Shown in pieces: positions 48,953-57,200 of a DNA stretch of 64,000 nt (position 1 is its first letter; every line of letters begins with the position of its first letter). Source of the DNA: Octopus sinensis. Taxonomy: Eukaryota. The notes under the pieces were generated by a model. It searched no databases. It had not been told where the DNA came from and saw nothing but the letters and a program-made list of their open reading frames with translations. A program made the translations under genes and the position numbers. The stretch is taken from contig NC_043014.1 in assembly GCF_006345805.1 (NCBI RefSeq), forward strand, positions 1,674,001 through 1,738,000. The letters are read 5' to 3'.

Positions 48953-50470
48953 GTAATTATATGTATATATATATAAACACATACACACACAAACCTACAT
49001 TATTCATATAAATATATATACACATACACACACAGACAGAGCCAGTGGTGTCAGAAAAAGTGATCGGCCAAAAGAAGATGTCTCAAAGACTCAAAGACAT
49101 CATCAACTCACATAGAATCTAATAAACACCAAAGAAACACAGACATCAAATAGCAAAAACTTCAATAACAACAAAATACACCACCATTTCCCTCAGACCC
49201 TCTCCTCAAATACCATGAAATATACAAATACACCATGAAATATACATATACACCATGAAATATACATATACACCATGAAATATACATATACACCATGAAA
49301 TATACATATACACTCTTATATATACATATATATATATAATATTTATAGTATACACTGTGAATCTGCGTATACTATTTATATGTATAATGTCTACATATAT
49401 TTGTGTGTGTGTGTGTGTGTAGATATATGTAGATATATACACACAGAAACACGTAGTTTTTGAAGGTATAGTTTATATACACATCTATAAACATATATAT
49501 ACATATATAGAAGATACATACAAACATACATATATATATAGAAAGTGCATTTGCGTATATTATTTATACGTATAATGTCTACATATATTTGTGTGTGTGT
49601 GTGTGTAGATATATGTAGATATATACACACAGAAACACGTAGTTTTTGAAGGTATAGTTTATATACACATCTATAAACATATATATACATATATAGAAGA
49701 TACATACAAACATACATATATATATAGAAAGTGCATTTGCGTATATTATTTATACGTATAATGTCTACATATATTTGTGTGTGTGTGTGTATATATATAT
49801 ATATGTATATGTGTATATATATGCACACAGAAACACGTAGTTTTTGAAGGTATAGTTTATATACACATACTGATACATATATACACATCTATAAACATAT
49901 ATACATATGTAAAAGGTACATACAAACATACATATATATAGAAAGTGAATTTGCGTATACTACTTGTATATATTGCGTGTATATAAATATATTTGCGTAT
50001 TTATGTATACATACAGTTTATATACATATATACACATAAATATATACATACATACGTGTTTATGCGTACATCTGTATACATAAACATATATATACGTTAT
50101 ATGCGTGTATATTAAATGTATATATAGAGTATATGTGATATATATGGATATTATTATATATATAAATATAGAGTTTAAATAGAGCTTGAGGGGAAGTGTG
50201 AGTAGGTAAATAGTGAGGTGGTAGCAATAGTGATGGACACGGCTTTAGAGAGAGGGAGGGGAGGCAGAGAGACATGAAGGTTTCACTGGTGCAGGGGGTA
50301 TTAGTGTTGTGGTTCTATTACGCCTTAAAAATAGACCAAAGAATTCATTGAAAAACGTAGATAGGTAATGGCTGAGTAGACCGTGAAGTCGGTGTGTTAA
50401 TAGGGTGGGTTATCGAAGAAGACAGTACCTGGGTAATTTGTTGCTGTAGAGAAGACTGTTCCACTGTCAT
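29..50470 (-). CDS. USP25: USP25/USP28-family ubiquitin-specific protease, 21 coding exons in window, 3' end beyond the left edge
   Basis: Exons: 50429-50470, 29960-30121, 29072-29147, 26573-26765, 25431-25596, 23976-24062, 20815-20964, 20129-20229, 18615-18688, 17757-17881, 16419-16546, 14033-14128, 12652-12816, 11126-11304, 9355-9425, 7604-7832, 6143-6340, 5271-5497, 3114-3304, 1859-1943, 29-108. All GT-AG, phases chain without a break (2825 nt). Hallmarks: MTVEQ start, UBA-like region, VIDLT SIM, two UIM-like helices, Cys box [23 protein letters not shown], His box [22 protein letters not shown]. Probably the single invertebrate co-orthologue of vertebrate USP25 and USP28. Confidence 0.96.
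1859..1943 (-). CDS. USP25: USP25 exon 20 ([14 protein letters not shown]...EYM)
   Basis: 85 nt, phase 2 to 0. Confidence 0.85.
3114..3304 (-). CDS. USP25: USP25 exon 19 ([10 protein letters not shown]...[12 protein letters not shown]...LLEQF)
   Basis: 191 nt; homologous to DYRLHHVVVYF...LLEQF. Confidence 0.93.
3740..4120 (-). mobile_element. Highly decayed RTE-type LINE fragment
   Basis: Patchy similarity to the RTE ORF2 C-terminus. Confidence 0.3.
5271..5497 (-). CDS. USP25: USP25 exon 18, Q/P-rich linker
   Basis: 227 nt, phase 1 to 0, joins exons 17 and 19 in frame. Confidence 0.85.
6143..6340 (-). CDS. USP25: USP25 exon 17 (...[24 protein letters not shown]...)
   Basis: 198 nt; donor GTGAGC; an alternative in-phase GTAAAA donor lies 9 nt upstream. 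Confidence 0.88.
7604..7832 (-). CDS. USP25: USP25 exon 16, catalytic His/Asn box
   Basis: [26 protein letters not shown]...KFND...[13 protein letters not shown]. Confidence 0.97.
7974..8189. mobile_element. piggyBac-type MITE, same family as 19107-19316, opposite orientation
   Basis: TTAA|CCCATTAGCATCCAGATT...AAAGGG. Confidence 0.7.
9355..9425 (-). CDS. USP25: USP25 exon 15 ([24 protein letters not shown])
   Basis: 71 nt; homologous to DLQESISRIHRTIELMYSD. Confidence 0.92.
9691..9778. repeat. Perfect 40-bp tandem duplication
   Basis: CCACTCCCCCAACCCCTCCCATCCGAATTCTGAAATTTAG x2 plus a partial unit. Confidence 0.95.
10581..11001 (+). mobile_element. Non-autonomous Helitron
   Basis: A|TC...CTAG|T with subterminal hairpin CCCGGGCGACGCCGGG; no TSD. 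Confidence 0.8.
11126..11304 (-). CDS. USP25: USP25 exon 14 (...[30 protein letters not shown])
   Basis: 179 nt, PAP...CLxRWRTE motif. Confidence 0.94.
12143..12554 (-). mobile_element. tRNA-derived SINE, family A, full length
   Basis: Head GGCGCAGGAGTGGCTGTGTGGT...GGTTCAGTCCC, internal TA/TG microsatellite, (AAAGAGT)n tail. Other copies: ~335-730 +, 6600-6752 -, 12955-13300 -, 13395-13590 +, 37437-37772 -, 40675-40830 -, 60545-60930 +. Confidence 0.85.
12652..12816 (-). CDS. USP25: USP25 exon 13 ([24 protein letters not shown]...)
   Basis: 165 nt, YGSG...[10 protein letters not shown] motif. Confidence 0.95.
13765..14024. repeat. Compound (GA)n/(GAGT) polypurine tract next to the exon 12 donor
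   Basis: Directly visible. Confidence 0.95.
14033..14128 (-). CDS. USP25: USP25 exon 12 ([14 protein letters not shown]...AKLD), coiled coil
   Basis: 96 nt, donor GTGAGT. Confidence 0.93.
15866..16313. repeat. GC-rich 30-bp minisatellite, ~14 units
   Basis: Reconstructed unit CGACACAGATCCCGCCTCGCGGGGCGGGCG. Confidence 0.95.
16419..16546 (-). CDS. USP25: USP25 exon 11 ([17 protein letters not shown]...[12 protein letters not shown])
   Basis: 128 nt, KLEFPQVL motif. Confidence 0.95.
17757..17881 (-). CDS. USP25: USP25 exon 10 ([24 protein letters not shown]...TKE)
   Basis: 125 nt; homologous to FGQYPLQVNGFKDLHECLE. Confidence 0.9.
18184..18445. repeat. Compound (CA)n/ACATATACGT microsatellite
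   Basis: Directly visible. Confidence 0.95.
18615..18688 (-). CDS. USP25: USP25 exon 9 ([16 protein letters not shown]...)
   Basis: 74 nt, NPMxELFYG motif. Confidence 0.93.
18981..19414. mobile_element. piggyBac-type MITE (CCCTTTCATTAC...GTAATGAAAGGG|TTAA) containing a nested second MITE
   Basis: TIRs plus TTAA; a related copy lies at ~58715-58943. Confidence 0.8.
19107..19316. mobile_element. piggyBac-type MITE nested at a TTAA site
   Basis: TTAA|CCCTTTAGCATTCA...TGAACACTAAAGGG|TTAA. Confidence 0.85.
20129..20229 (-). CDS. USP25: USP25 exon 8 ([17 protein letters not shown]...)
   Basis: 101 nt, DVSEF motif. Confidence 0.95.
20815..20964 (-). CDS. USP25: USP25 exon 7 ([39 protein letters not shown]...SQQ)
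   Basis: 150 nt, RKYVDPS motif. Confidence 0.95.
21709..21751 (-). ncRNA. Minimal type-I hammerhead ribozyme (Penelope-type)
   Basis: CCAC-CTGAAGA-TTGTC-gatcaa-GACAA-GAAAC-GATT-GTA-GTGG. Confidence 0.7.
21841..21931 (-). ncRNA. Type-I hammerhead ribozyme (Penelope-type) with enlarged stem II
   Basis: TAATTGG-CTGATGA-GCACT...AGTGC-GAAAC-AATT-GTA-CCAAATTA; core intact, stems I and II pair, palindromic stem III ACAATTGT. Confidence 0.75.
22130..22865. mobile_element. Foldback (long inverted repeat) element between (AT)n tracts
   Basis: Arms ~22130-22474 and ~22501-22865, roughly 85-90% complementary by eye; GG...CC termini. Confidence 0.8.
23976..24062 (-). CDS. USP25: USP25 exon 6 ([17 protein letters not shown]...)
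   Basis: 87 nt, ttttccag / GTAAGT; homologous to SLFNLLEFRRLVLNY. Confidence 0.92.
24300..24520 (+). mobile_element. Decayed RTE-type LINE C-terminal fragment
   Basis: [18 protein letters not shown]...KRPRG...RWLDNI. Confidence 0.55.
25064..25291 (-). mobile_element. tRNA-derived SINE, family B (CORE-like body)
   Basis: Head AGGCGGCGAGCTGGCAGAA...GAGTTCAAATTCC, body GTCGACTTTGCCTTTCATCC, tail AAAGAAATA. Other copies: ~1312-1530 -, 28414-28644 -, 36770-36960 +, 38571-38803 +, 51470-51699 -, 54215-54300 - (partial). Confidence 0.85.
25431..25596 (-). CDS. USP25: USP25 exon 5, UIM2 and catalytic Cys box
   Basis: [11 protein letters not shown]...[18 protein letters not shown]; donor GTAAGA. 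Confidence 0.96.
26573..26765 (-). CDS. USP25: USP25 exon 4, SIM + polyQ16 + UIM1 (VIDLTNDK-Q16[22 protein letters not shown]...EEQDISR)
   Basis: Acceptor tttctag, donor GTAAAA; matches VIDLT...LQRAIALSL...EEQAISR. Confidence 0.92.
29072..29147 (-). CDS. USP25: USP25 exon 3 ([25 protein letters not shown])
   Basis: 76 nt, phase 0 to 1, which is the phase change needed between exons 2 and 4; weak protein conservation. Confidence 0.65.
29960..30121 (-). CDS. USP25: USP25 exon 2, UBA-like ([19 protein letters not shown]...SSEYN)
   Basis: Acceptor tttcag, donor GTAATT, 162 nt; resembles LNQLREITGIND. Confidence 0.88.
31828..32192 (+). mobile_element. SINE family A copy
   Basis: Same head, body and tail as 12143-12554. 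Confidence 0.85.
32874..33380 (+). mobile_element. tRNA-derived SINE, family C
   Basis: Head GGAGG(C/T)GCAATGGCCCA..GGTTAGGGCAGC...TTCGATTCCCAGACC; other copies 28650-28891 - and ~10040-10386 -. Confidence 0.75.
34630..35021 (-). mobile_element. SINE family A copy
   Basis: Near-identical to 12143-12554. Confidence 0.85.
35221..35640 (+). mobile_element. Decayed Penelope-like element, GIY-YIG end plus pLTR remnant
   Basis: [15 protein letters not shown] resembles YIGET..L..R.KEH; followed by a broken hammerhead-like motif at 35573-35608. Confidence 0.45.
35912..36352 (+). mobile_element. SINE family A copy, full length
   Basis: Near-identical to 12143-12554. Confidence 0.85.
41350..41746 (-). 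mobile_element. Non-autonomous Helitron
   Basis: Minus strand A|TCTTTATATATAAAAG...GCAACGCCGGGCGATACTGCTAG|T. Confidence 0.8.
42582..43038 (-). mobile_element. 5'-truncated RTE 3' UTR-type copy with (GAT)n tail
   Basis: Same family as 62935. Other copies: ~2540-2860 +, 8650-9075 +, 14480-14660 +, 17355-17540 +, 19770-19900 -, 26165-26450 -, 26905-27329 -, 27600-27795 +, 32447-32780 -, 33763-33925 -, 39510-39700 -, 47045-47580 -, 59750-60125. Confidence 0.75.
43400..44870 (+). mobile_element. Decayed mariner/Tc1 transposon
   Basis: Frameshifted transposase remnants: WVPHAL (WVPHEL motif), [29 protein letters not shown] (YSPDLAPSD motif), [11 protein letters not shown]. Confidence 0.85.
44045..44382 (+). 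mobile_element. Probable non-autonomous Helitron nested in a mariner
   Basis: A|TCTCTATGTATATAAAC start and CTAG end (followed by C, not T); interrupts transposase remnants. Confidence 0.5.
48640..48910. repeat. ~40-bp VNTR, 7 units, AAACCAATGTCCAAATATA(CA)n
   Basis: Directly visible. Confidence 0.9.
49205..49312. repeat. 20-bp minisatellite (ACACCATGAAATATACATAT), ~5 units
   Basis: Directly visible. Confidence 0.9.
49370..49960. repeat. ~187-bp tandem repeat, ~3.2 units
   Basis: GTATAATGTCTACATATATTTG recurs at 49382, 49570 and 49756. Confidence 0.9.
50429..50470 (-). CDS. USP25: USP25 coding exon 1 ([14 protein letters not shown])
   Basis: taaaATG start, matches the MTVEQ N-terminus of vertebrate USP25; donor CAG|GTACTG, phase 0. 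Confidence 0.9.
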
Positions 50471-51200
50471 TTTTACAGCCGACAGAATATGGCGTCCTCC
50501 TCGTCGAACATGTGCTCTGACTAATACACTTAACACTCTTCAACTCGGTAAACTCGCATTATATCTCGCTTTTGGTGTGTTTTTAGCGACTATCAAGGTC
50601 CTTTGTAGAATTGGGAATTTCTTTCTCCGACAAGAGACGGCTTCTGTATCGGCTATTGCTTTGAAAAGGACGCGAGAATGACACTTGTACGTTGGTGTAA
50701 AGCTATTTAATGGAACAGCCAGGGATTCCCACTACGTTGCGATGTAAGCAGAAATATCATTGGTTCAGACCGGGAATCCCTTATTGGAATCCCCTTTGCA
50801 ATCTTGTAAATAAACAGACGTATGGACTTTTACCGAATTTATTTCTATTTTAATAATTAGCCATCGGTGAGGCAAAGACGGACATAGAAATTGTTAAATT
50901 CGATCTGTGGTGGGAATAAATCTGTGACGGAATCAAACAAGTAGAGAAAGTTGGTGAAGGGCGCTGGCCAATGGTTAGTGGTGTTACATATTCGGTGTGA
51001 CACCGGTTGTTAGCAACGTGATGGCCAACGTCTTCTCTTTAATTTTGCCCGTCTCCTACGTGTCCCAGCTTCGAGCAATCGCCACCCCCGGAACACCATT
51101 TATGTCCCAGAAGACGACATAAAATAGATTGCAGGAACGAAACCGTCGTCGCTGCCAACCGTATTTGTGAAGAATCCCCTATTTTCTTCACGGCCAGACC
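50471..51200. promoter_or_regulatory. Bidirectional, CpG-rich promoter and 5' UTR region shared by USP25 and GPR89
   Basis: 730 bp between divergent ATGs; CpG visibly not depleted compared with the introns; CCAAT boxes at 50759-50763 (-) and 50968-50972 (+); YY1-like AATATGGCG at 50486; kB-like sites. Confidence 0.8.
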
Positions 51201-51245
51201 ATGTCTTCCTTCCTCGTTGACTCCCTGGTCATGCTTTTCTCTCAA
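51201..51245 (+). CDS. GPR89: GPR89 exon 1 ([15 protein letters not shown])
   Basis: Matches MSFLIDSSIMITSQ; donor GTAGGT. Confidence 0.9.
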
Positions 51246-54200
51246 GTAGGTCTCAGTCTTTTCATTCCACCTCGACTTCTTCGTGTTCTTCCGCTTCTCT
51301 CTCCTCCTCGGGCTTTTCACACACGGGTGGACTGGTACGAGAGATAGTGTTACAAATGGCACAAGCGGTAGAGCGTCACAAAACCAAATACCCAGCTTCT
51401 GGGTTCAAACTCCACCAGAACCCTTTTATTTCCTCTACTCCGTCCGCGGTCAAGGAAATTAATAAATATATATTTCTTTACTACCCACAAGGGGCTAAAC
51501 ACAGAGGAGACAAACAAGGACAGACAAACGGATTAAGTCGATTATATCGACCCCAGTGCGTAACTGGTACTTATTTAATCGACCCCGAAAGGATGAAAGG
51601 CAAAGTCGACCTCGGCGGAATTTGAACTCAGAACGTAAAGACAGACGAAATACGGCCACGCATTTCGCCCGGCGTGCTAACGATTCTGCCAGCTCGCCTT
51701 GACCATTGGGTATCGTCCGGTGTCCTAAATTCAAATTGCTCTTTTGGCTGTCTTTGTAATATATATATTTATATAGGGTGTATGTGTACACGTATATATG
51801 TGTGCCGTGTGCATATGTGTGTATTAAAGAGAAAAATAATTTTTACACTCAAACTATGTATAGACGAATTTATTTTTCCCATGTTATTCTTAATTTGACG
51901 CGTAAATACTCAGTCAGAATATCAGATTGAATTTAGGACTCTAAAAGTAAGGATCGTCCTTGCTTTTAGGACTCTAAAAGCATGGGTCATCCTTGCTTTT
52001 AGGACTCCAAAAGTAAGGATCACCCTTGCTTTTAAAGTTCTAAATTAAAACTATGCATAACTTTCCATTAGAATTTTGACAGTAACTTTATTTTCATTTT
52101 AAACCGAATTACTGGATTAAGCAAAACCATAATAGAAAAGTTGTCAAACTGCCAAAAGAAAAGCGAAAGACAAGTTCCTTATTCTTCAACCAATTCAATT
52201 TGTTCAAAGTTATGTTAGGTGAATGTATAATTAATTTATTTTTTGGTTTTTAAATTATTAATTAGGAATGTGACAGTGGGCCCATTCTTTATTTAGGGGC
52301 TGGGTATTTTCATTGGTTGCTGCTGAAAGTTGCCAAACTTCGATAAATACTCAGACCAAAACAAACAGTGCCATGGAAGAGTGTTTGGCAAGTTCGTTTC
52401 CATTGAGAAACGAAGAATCACCCATTTTAGCCGCATGCACTTTCATCAGAGAACGAGAGAACTGTTGCCAAAATTACATTCTAAATATTGCAATTTCTCT
52501 CAAGAACCAGAAAATTCTTCAATTCTCATTAATTGGTAACAAAGCTCATGTGTGACTCATATCAGTGTATTGATCAAATATCCTGGTTGGTTCCGCTGCT
52601 GCTGCTGCTAAGCGCACAAACCTTTATGACTACATTTAAAGAAAATTCTATCAAGCTGATTGGCAAATAGTCAATAAATACACAACAGCCATTTGCCCAT
52701 CAACGTACCGTTTCCTCTCATCATCTCTGCTACTACTACCACTACTACTACTATGGCTTCTACATGTTCAAACCATCTCTATTCATTAAGTGCTGCATCA
52801 GTCTCCTCTCTCAACGTTCCTAATATGTCTCACCCCTCTTAATCACATAAAATGCTTTTTCTAGAGCAACCATATTGACCTCACCTATCTAAGATGACCC
52901 ACGAAGGTCATAGATACTGGCACCAGTACAGATTCATTGATAATAATAATAATAATTATTATTATTATTATTATTATTATTGAGTGAGAGAGCAGCGCAT
53001 GTCTTCAAAGTGACACTGGGGTAAAATATACGAAGCCCAGTATACCCATCATGACTACCCGTCTGATAAAGGTACACCAGGCACATGCATCACAACCATA
53101 TGTGTGCGACATGGTGATCTCATATCAAGATAAACAGCACATGACCTTGCAGGTGGGGCCCAGTTAGAATTTTCTTCTTGTCGAGTAGCCCATCCTGCTC
53201 AAAAGGTCCCTGAATAAGGATTGTTTAAGGATGTTGAACGAAACACTCATGTTTCCAAGGGTGAATTATTCAAACCCCAAAGAATCCCTCTCAACACATG
53301 GCTATGATGCTCCCCCACTACTTCTGCTCGTGATCAGAGATGCACATATCGTCAGCCATTAAGGGACATGCTCACCTGGTTAAGGTCAAACAACTGACAA
53401 GCAAATCTGTGGTATTGAGCAGAATATTTGCTGTAGGCCATCTTTTATACCAAGACAAAACAATGTACATGATAAAACTTCCAATCAGTTAAGATGAGAA
53501 GCCATGGGAGCCACTGCCTGGTACTGCATCAGGGCAATTTATTATTATTGTCATTTTATGTCCATTTCCCTGCTGGCTTGGGTAGAAAGGGTCAATAGGT
53601 TTCAATGGATTTGAAGACCACCTTTCGCTCCAATCGTCTCATTTTTGATGCCATCCCTAACCTCAACTACCCTATAAGAATGTGCTGGGTACAATTTTTC
53701 ACAGCATCATCACTGGTTAAGTTGCCTTGTCGTCAATGAGTCTAAAGAGTCCTTTCAAGGCCTGCGTTGTTGCTGTTTGAATCAATTACCAATCCCTTGC
53801 ATGGTGGATTGGGTGTTTTTTGTGGGACCAGCACTGTTAGTTCACCTTGTAGGTCACGTGTGAGAAAATAGTAATGGAGGGAAGAATAGAAGGGACAGTT
53901 TTGGGTTTGAGAGTAGAGGAGAAGGGGAAGTGTAATGTGAGGGATTAGTGAGAAGGCACAGAGTGGAAGTGGTGATAGTGTGAGTAGATGGGTTAGTGTG
54001 TCTGCCATACCAGCATGGGTTGGACCAATCATCAGGCTTCAAGACTGTTTTTAATGGAGTTATACTAGTTTACTGTGAAGAGATGGTGTTAATGAAGGCA
54101 GTTGTAGGAGAGAGAGTGAAAAGTAAGGTCTGGGGGTAAATGAGAGAGTGGTGAGACGAAGGATTGGGGTAGGAGAAGAAAATAAAAAGCTACTATAAAT

Positions 54201-57200
54201 TATCTAGTTTGCTTCTTATTTCTTTATTGCCCACAAGGGGCTAAACATAGAGGGGACAAACAAGGACAGACAAAGGGATTAAATCGATTAGATTGACCCC
54301 AGTGCAAAGTCGCTGGCTGTAGAACATTGCATTAATACTTCTTCACCCTATTGTTGTGTTTGTCCATTTTTACATATTAGAGGGTGTATAGGGTTGAGTT
54401 ATAATTTTTTAGGACAATTTTATTTTTGATTTTTAATTGGTGTATTTTTTTATTTTAACATGAATTGGTAGTTGTCCTGTAGAATATCCATATGAAATAA
54501 TTGGTTGAATTTTTAGGGTTTTATATTTTGCTTGTTTTTTAATTCGGCCTATTTAAGTTATAAAGTTATACATCTTCACCCAACCCCTACCAACAGGGAA
54601 AAAGTTTGCTTAAAAACAATAGAATGATGAGAATCAATGACAAATATAATAAAACTGATGTATTTTATTTACTATTTTCAGGTGCTGTTTTTTGCTGGAG
54701 GCTGGGTATTCTTTTTAAAACAGTTATTTAAAGATTATGAAGTGAGTATTCTGTGAAGCATAACTTGTTTCCCCTCTCTTTCCTCCTCATCAAAACCCAG
54801 TCGAGGTCATCAATATACAAAACTTAGCTATGATTATTCTGCCTCTGTTTTACCATATTATGTCTTCAGCTTTAGATCTCGGACAGTTCCACAGAGATTA
54901 CAAGGAGTGGCCAAAATTATTGATCTTATCTTAGATAATACACCAACTGATCTAAACTACCACATGAATGGGATATGGGTTCAAACCTGACTGTTGGACT
55001 GGTATGATATACCTTTAGCTCTCTTGATCTACATAACTGAAAAAAATGAGGTACCATTCTAACTATACAGCACAGAATATTATAAAATGTATCAAAATTT
55101 TCAGACCTATCCAACCCTATCTTGCTGGTTTGGTAAAAATATTGCATTCCAACACCCATTACAAGAATTGAACATCTTTGGGAAGCTCCCTTTTTTCCCA
55201 TATGTTTCTGTTATAAAATATAAAAACACATGTTCCTTATTAACCAAACTAACCTCCCTCATCTCCTTCCCCTACATCGACTCCACAGGTTATTAGCTAT
55301 CCTTCTAAGCAACAATAGCCATGACTGGCTCAGCCCACCCTGCAATTGATATTGGCTTCAAATTTTGGCACAAGGCTAGCAATTTTGGAGGAGGAGGTAT
55401 GTCATTGACCCATGTACTCAGCTGAACATCAGCTGTGTTGATCTTATTGGTCTAAGAGATCCTATAATGGTCAAGGTCACAGAAGATTTCTTTTGTCCTA
55501 AAGCTGCTGCAAAGGTCAAGGTCACGATGGATCTCTTTTTGTCTGAAATGTCAAGGTCTCAAAGGATCTTACATTTTGGAGATACTATTCGTCACCTGTC
55601 CATGAAAGTCAAGGTCATTGATTCTCACCCATCAAGGATGGCTCCAACAGTCTTGAACACACTGAATCTCAATTGTCTGAGAGGGGCTGCAGAAGTCAAG
55701 ACCACAAAAGAATCTCGTTTATTTGTGAATGTATTTCAAGGTCATAAAAGAATTCCTTTTCATGGTTGGGTGTACAAAGCTCAAAAACACAATGGGTCAT
55801 GCCTCTCACAGTAGATCAGTGGTTCTGCTCCCTGGTAAGGTACTGGGCACATGCAAGGGAACAGCAAGGTAACATAATTAACATACTAAATTTTACCTAT
55901 ATTAGTAACTAGCAGTATAGCCCAGCGTTGCTCAGGTTTGTTTCGACCCTTTAGAATTGGAATTTTTTAAAAGTAAAAATTTTGCATTATGTAGCTTGTT
56001 ATTCTCTTTCAGTGAACAATTTTCTGGTTGAAATACACCGAAAAATGGCGACACAGCAGTCAAAAAATCGTAAAAAATAGGGATTTTCATAGGAAAAAAA
56101 GCACCTTTTTGATGTAAATAAGTTTTAGTGTTAACATGGTCCGAATTGAAATTTTTCTTCTACGGAAGGAAGAGCAAGCCTTCTTATATCATTCTCTCAA
56201 TTTTGGTCAACTTACGCCTCAGGGTCTCAGAGGAAATAGTGTTAGTTAAAGGCTACCGAACCTGCCACACACTGACAACTTAAGCTTTATATATATAGAG
56301 ATTATACATAATTTAACTCTTAATAGTAATTAAAATAAAATGTGATCTCGTCAGGCAGGGGTCAGTCATTAACTTGAAATGAATAAAGTAAATTTACATT
56401 TGTCTTTATTAAATTTTTATCATTTCACTTTTTAAAACATTATTTAATCTCTTTTTAGAGTAAAATTCATAAAATTAACATCCCTGTTAAGTTAGTTTAG
56501 TCATGATACCTCACCACTTAAATGGGTGCTACTTTAAAAAGGGAGCATTACAAAATAAAGGTCAGGAACCACAGCAACAGATCTCTGATTGCTGTGGACA
56601 GAGTGGATTTCATTTTGCTCAGACAATCTATGAAAGGCCAGGTCAAGGTCACAGTAGACATCCTGTGTTTTAGAGAGCCTGCAAAAGTCAAGGTCAAAGT
56701 GCAAGTGTATTATTTTGTCAGGAATTATTGGGTCATCCCATAAATAATGCAGTTTTTATATTTCTTTTATTTTTCAAAATGAAGATAAAGTTCTTTTTCA
56801 ATCTAAAATATACTGTCCTTTATTTTCCACAATGCTCTTCCATCTATCTGGTAGACTTGCAAGGCCCCTCTTCCAAAATTCACTTGTCCGTGATGAAAAA
56901 TACTCTTCCCATACTGTTCTGACTTCATCTACAGAATTCATATCTTTTCCATCCAAATGATTTTTAAGACTATGGAATAAATGATAATCAGATGGGAAAT
57001 GTCCAACGAAAATGGTGGGTTGGGCATTGTTTCCCATTCAAACTGCTCCACCCTTTGGAATGTCATCCTTGCTGTGGGTGGCTGAGCATTATCTTGAGCA
57101 AGGTGCTTCATTTCTCTTTGTTGCTGTCCACTCAACTGAAAATGAGTACCAGTTGCAACTGGGGGTTCACTATGTGATGAATTTCTGTCCCACTCAAGGG

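Noticed and set aside
50394-50681. 95-aa plus-strand ORF overlapping USP25 exon 1
   Set aside because: Antisense shadow or promoter sequence with no homology; the GPR89 start is at 51201.
55467-55814. 115-aa plus-strand ORF in GPR89 intron 2
   Set aside because: Derived from the AAGGTCAAGGTCA repeat (VKV motifs); no recognisable domain.
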